The notes under the pieces: model-generated | The model's input: the letters and a program-made list of their open reading frames with translations, nothing else | Told to the model about the DNA's origin: nothing | The model's database searches: none | Made by a program: the position numbers and the translations under genes | Assembly: GCF_009914755.1 (NCBI RefSeq) | Contig: NC_060937.1 | Length of the DNA: 64,000 bases | Direction: 5' to 3' (one strand) | Origin: the human T2T-CHM13v2.0 reference genome, Homo sapiens | Shown: positions 58,685 to 64,000 of the stretch, one piece after another | How the letters are laid out: each line of letters opens with the position of its first letter | Position numbering within the stretch: the first letter of the stretch is position 1

Positions 58685-61600
58685 ATCTAAGAGGCTGAGC
58701 CAAAGTCATCAACACTGAGGATGCTATTCAAAATCAGGGAGGCCAGGGTTGAGACCCATACCGTATAATTGAAAGGAGTCAGGTTTCCTGTAGTGGGAAG
58801 ATTGCCTTTGGACTTGAATGTCTGATCACAAGTCATCTCCACTACCTCTTACTCCTGGATTAACCTCTCCTTACCCATACTTTTATTCCCTGAGGCATTT
58901 GCAATGTTGCAATTGCGATATTGCGTGATTTCATGTCTGTATTCCAGGGAGCCTTTGAGGGAGATGTCCAATAAGCTCTAAGAATATGTGGTTTTCTCTT
59001 TTCTCTTTTTCTTCTTTTCAAAGAAGAAAGTTGGTTTGTTTTAAGGTTTAGGTTGGCAATCTCCACGTTTGTTCATGAATTAATAAAAAACATAACACTT
59101 AGGAAAGTCACTGACATATCTCAATATGTGTTGACTTTTATACATTTATAAATTATATTCAAATATTACTATAGTATGCATATTTAAAATATATACAAAT
59201 ATTAGAAAATTTAAAATAATTAGTAATAACGATTTGTGCTGTTGGAGAATCAACTACCACTAGGTCTCTTCCAAATACATTAAAGTTTTCCTTTATTTGC
59301 TTCCACAGCCCTTAGTTCATGTCTAAATTGTATTGCTAACCATATTATTGAGTATGTAGCTATCTGCCTCCTCAGTGGGAAAGAAAGCTACTTAAGCATA
59401 GAAAGTTTATGGTTTAAAGTTAATGGTTTACTGATCATTTCATTAATTTAGCAAATAATTAATGAGCATCTAGAGACTAAGGATATGTAGGTATCAAGAC
59501 TCAGTCTCTGCCATCAAACTTAGTATCAAGTGATGGATGAACAGGTTATAGACAAGGAACAGTCACAGATTAGCCTATGCTGAAGGCCAGGAGTAGGATG
59601 AAGGTGCTTAGGGGGACACCAGTCCTGCAAGAAAGGAGGAAGTGGGAGAAAAGGGTTAAAGAAGGACACATGTTGATACAGAATAGCCCCTACTACGTAG
59701 TAGATTCTCAACAAAGATATGTGGTTGTCAAATGCTGATATTAATATTTTTTGAGTTTGAGAAGATTGAGAAAAATCATATCTCTATTTACCGCCCACTT
59801 TCTGAACCAATTGAAAAACAGACAAAAGAATGAGGCCAGTGAAGCTCTGTCAGTTATTTTATAAATGGAGCTGTTAGAGAATATATCCTAGATGTGCAGC
59901 AGTGGTGGACTCCTAATGTTACATTCTGGGCAAGGATCTACCCACTCACCCACCAGGTAGCGCTGGGAAATCATGGGTCTCCAAAGGGAAGACTGCATCT
60001 TAAACTCTCAGCATCAAAGATCCATGCAAAAAGTGTCCTCTCTGCAGACATGAAGCCAGGTCCCTAAAGAAGGAGGAGGAGTCACACACGCAGGCCTGCT
60101 TTCTTACTCCAGCTCACAGATGAGGTGCATAAATCCACTTTTCTTGGGAAGAAAAATTGAAGAGAGTCCAGGAATGTTACTATAATGGAAGAAATCATCT
60201 CAGAGAAGGAGTGTTTCTTACACAAATGAAGATTTCCAAAGATTTTCAATGGCCAACATACTTTCAAAGTTCCTGGGCACAGATCACTCTATTTCTCTAT
60301 ATCCAGACTTCTGATGTTCTCTGTTCAGTTCTGCTATTTTCCTCCAAATTTACTTTATGTCATCTATTATTATTTTCATAATTGCTACCATCATCCACTT
60401 TCTAACCCATCATCAGAAATTTCTGGTCAAGGTAAAGAAATTTAGGAACATTCATGTAATATAACTTTAGTATTCTTACTTGATAATAACTAGTTTGCAA
60501 TAAGAACAAATACATTTAAATTTTATAACTGCATGCTGTCTTCTCTTTGATCACATCAGATATATAAAATGTCAGATGAATGTAAAAGGAAATAAATTGG
60601 GAATAATATTAATTTTACCAAAAGATAGGCACAGATACCTTTAAACAGTAATATATCTTACTCAGTGTAAACTAGAAATGAAAATTAGGACAGAATTACG
60701 TCTCTGCAGGAACTCTTAATGATAGATGTCAGTGCAGCAAGGACTTCAAAGTTCAGTAGGAACTATTTCAATCCAGAATTCTATGCTAAATGAAATGAAT
60801 TATTAACCAATTTGAGAGCAGAATAGATAAATTTTCAGACACCAAAAGTGTCAGACAATCTGCTTCCCAACCCTCCTTTCTGAATAATTATTGAGGTTGC
60901 ACTCCATCAAAGCAAGGGAGTAAATGAAAGAACATGAGTGAAGGTCCAGAGAACAATTAGCCCAGCTCAAGAGAACACTGACACCTACTCAAGGCCACAG
61001 CTGTGGGAGCCTCAACCTGCAGATGGGGACAGGAAGAGGGAGAGCCTGCATCACACCAATACCGCAGAAAAAGGAGATTGTGTACAATGGTCATGATTAC
61101 TACAAGTTTGGCCGAAGCTTGAGGATGTGATAGAGGTAAACAATACAAGAAACGAAAAGGAAGATAGTTAAAAAACAAGGGAAGTGGAGGTTAGTCACAC
61201 GAGAAAGTCATGATCCAACCATGACAGAAACTGTTTATAATGGAAAATGAAGGCAAGTGCATTTCAAGGAAAAAAAATGGAATCGATTCCATATAGTAGA
61301 TTAAAAATAAAAGTCAGGAGACAACTAAGATAGAATGTCACAGACATATTTCACATAATTTCTTCTTGTAACAGAGAAAAACAAAGGAATTCAGAAATTC
61401 CAACAATAAAAGCTGTGTGGGAAAAGCCATAATGTCAATATGAAGCAATTAAAATATTCAGAGGGATAGTTTTAAAAGTAGATTCCATTTGGAACTGGTA
61501 ATAGAAACACTGAGTGGCACTGGTTATAAAATCAGTATTTGTCTATGAAAGGAAACATAGTTATAAAAATGTGAACACCATTTGTTGCATTTTTATTTTT

Positions 61601-63154
61601 TTAATCAAGCTGGTCAAATCACAGGAGATGCCATTATGGTTTTCAAATGGAATGGAATGGAATCAGCTTTGACCATGTAAAAGTGCAGGTAAACTGAAAG
61701 AGGGCTGGAGACGAGAGCGGCGTGCACCATGGTCACAGGTGGAGGATGGAGCAGCCGCAGCAACAGTGCACTCAGTTAAAGAGCACGAGGGTCAGGATAT
61801 ACTCTCTATAATTTTGAAACAAGAAATAAATATGTAAGTAGACTGTGAAATTGCCAAGTTGACCACAGAAGGAGCTGAAAGAGGTGATAGAACTACATAG
61901 GAGAAAGGAGGAAAGTGCTGCAGGATGAAAACCTGCGTGAACAAATTGGATAGATCATGTCTGGAGTTAATACACTGAGACATAGCAATAGGAGGCTAAT
62001 TAAAGGTAAGAGGTAAGTATGAAAAGGATGAGCTAAGTAGTGACCTCAGACACATGGAGGTAGAGGTGTAGTGGGGAAAAGAAGAGATTTTATTCTAAGC
62101 AGGAGATTTTATTCTAAGCCTTTCTGATTGATTTCCTTTTTACCATGCATAGATTCTACTTTGATAATTACTCTTAACATATTTCCTGTGATTCTGATAT
62201 GCACACATCACACTTACATTCTCTGCCCAAATAATCATTGCCCAAGAAATCTATACTTGATGGAGTTGCAATATCTGTTGCTTACAAATTATTCAAGGTC
62301 ATGAGTTCATGGAAGCCAGTGTATAACATAATACGGAAATTTTAGGTAGTACTCTATTTTCTCCCCTGAAATCTGAGTTTTCTTTTTCTTTTAGCCTTTC
62401 TTACACCTAATTTCTCCAGCATCTCAATGATTTCTTATTTATTACATATGAATTTCTCCCCTCTATCTTCTTTTAGAATACTGAGTTCAATTTTTATAAA
62501 TATTGACTTCCAATTCCCCAAAGGTACCATGAAAAAAATACATTTAGTAGTCTAATGATCAAATATTTAATTGATATAACAATTTACAGGGAATATTAAT
62601 TATATTAGTTAAAATGTGTTCACTGTGTGATTCCTATTGATAAATAATCAAAGAATATGAGTGAGAATCATCCAAGTAATTACAATCCAGATGAAAACTC
62701 TTAGTTTTCAGTTGAACATAAAATCATTTGATTACTCATTTTGTTTATGTGAAAGATCTATGGCCATCTATTTTGAAGATTGTAACTTTAATTAAAGAGG
62801 CAAATAATTGACATAGTATTTCTGAAAGCTTTTAAAGTTTGTTACTTACAAAATAATTTAATTTGCATTCACATTTAATTTGTCCCCAAAACCAAACTTT
62901 TATTACTGTTATACTGACCTCTTCTGGATACTTCCTATAATGTCAGCCATATACTATGATAGCTCAAGTTTTTTAATGGAATTAATATCATTTTAAAAAA
63001 AACTAATAAAGCTGGTGTAACTTGAGTTTAGTTCATTGAAGGCTCACTATATGTAGACATTGAACAAAGAGTTTATGGTCTGGTAGAGAGGACAGCATAG
63101 ACAAGTAATGACAACAAAAATACAAGTAACTACAGTTAAGTTTCAAAGTACATA

Positions 63155-64000
63155 TAGATCTAATATTTGCTTTATATATTTGGGTGCTTTACTGTTGGGT
63201 GCATATATATTTATAATTGCTATATTTTCTTGCTGAAAATGTTCCTTTATCATTATATAATGACCATTTTTATCTTTTTTTTATAGTTTTTGACTTAATG
63301 TTTATTTTTTCTGATACAACTACCCCTGTTTACTTATGGTTTCCATTTGCAGGGCGTATCTTTTTCCATCTCTTTGCTTGTAGTCTGTGTCCTTATAGGT
63401 GCAATAAGTCTCTTGTGGGCAGCATACGGTTGGGTCTTTTTATCCATTCAGCCACACTATACCTTTTAGTTGGGGAATTTAACCTATTTACATGGAAGGT
63501 TATTGTCGATAGGTAAGGACTTACTCCTGCTATTTTATTAATTGTTTCCTGGCTGTTTTGTAGATTCTTTGTTTCTTCCTTCCTCCCTTGTTGTTTACCT
63601 TTGTGGTTTAGAGGTTTTCTGTGGTGCCACTACTGGGTATATATCCAAAGGAAATGAAATCTGTATGTCAAAGAAACATCTGCATCCCCATGTTTATTTT
63701 AGAACTATTCACAATAGCCAAGATATAGAATCAACCTATGTGTTTTAACAGTAGATGAATGAATAAAGAAACTGTGGTATATATGCATGGTGTAATACTG
63801 TTCGGCCTTTTAAAAGAAGGAAATCCTGTCATTTTGAGAACATGGATGAACCTGAAGGACATCATGTTAAGTAAAATAAGCCAAGCATGAAAAGACAAAT
63901 ACTGCATGTTCTCACTCATATGCAAAACCTTAGAAGTTGATCTCCTAGAAGTTGAGAGTAGAGCAATGATTACCAGAGAATGGGGAGGGGAAGGGGAAGA
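63155..64000. mobile_element. L1M fragments: antisense ORF2 5' region (63155-63625) abutting sense L1MA ORF2 end/3'UTR (63626-64000)
   Basis: 'ctaatatttgctttatatatttgggtgct...gttgggtgcatatatatttataattg' then 'cactactgggtatatatccaaagg...catggatgaacctgaaggacatcatgttaagt'. Confidence 0.8.

Noticed and set aside
62084-62119. 17-bp direct repeat GAGATTTTATTCTAAGC; also the (GATTA)n run at ~18012-18052
   Set aside because: Ordinary slippage products with no sign of function
63155-64000. L1 antisense/sense junction as a twin-priming inversion
   Set aside because: The two pieces come from opposite ends of ORF2 (kilobases apart) and no TSD can be checked in the window; independent insertions are equally likely

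Overview
Primate (most likely human) genomic DNA, AT-rich and dense in repeats. Three landmarks occur in order: an HMGA1b-type processed pseudogene (~20971-22708, +), a Y3 RNA retrocopy (39377-39475, -), and a CpG island with a short coding first exon MKGNAAAVCAPGLQEVQQ plus splice donor (47387-47440, +). From recalled knowledge, this order and spacing match 13q12.12: HMGA1P6, RNY3P4 and the distal alternative promoter/first exon of SGCG (gamma-sarcoglycan), with the rest of the window being that isoform's first intron. The locus assignment is recognition, not a database result. Most of the remainder is Alu, L1, L2/MIR, MaLR and ERV1 LTRs (three sense-oriented solo LTR12s, one LTR1) and one MER1B. 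Almost all ORF-track entries are repeat-derived noise. Main leads: (1) the pseudogene's 1-nt frameshift opens an ATG-to-stop 179-codon ORF in the HMGA1c reading frame; (2) the SGCG distal exon gives an 18-aa N-terminal extension resembling SGCZ exon-1 architecture, plus an overlapping out-of-frame uATG; (3) three LTR12 promoters point toward the pseudogene and SGCG; (4) several unusual composite Alus, including an inverted AluY pair with signs of gene conversion. I see no evidence of a wholly new gene family.
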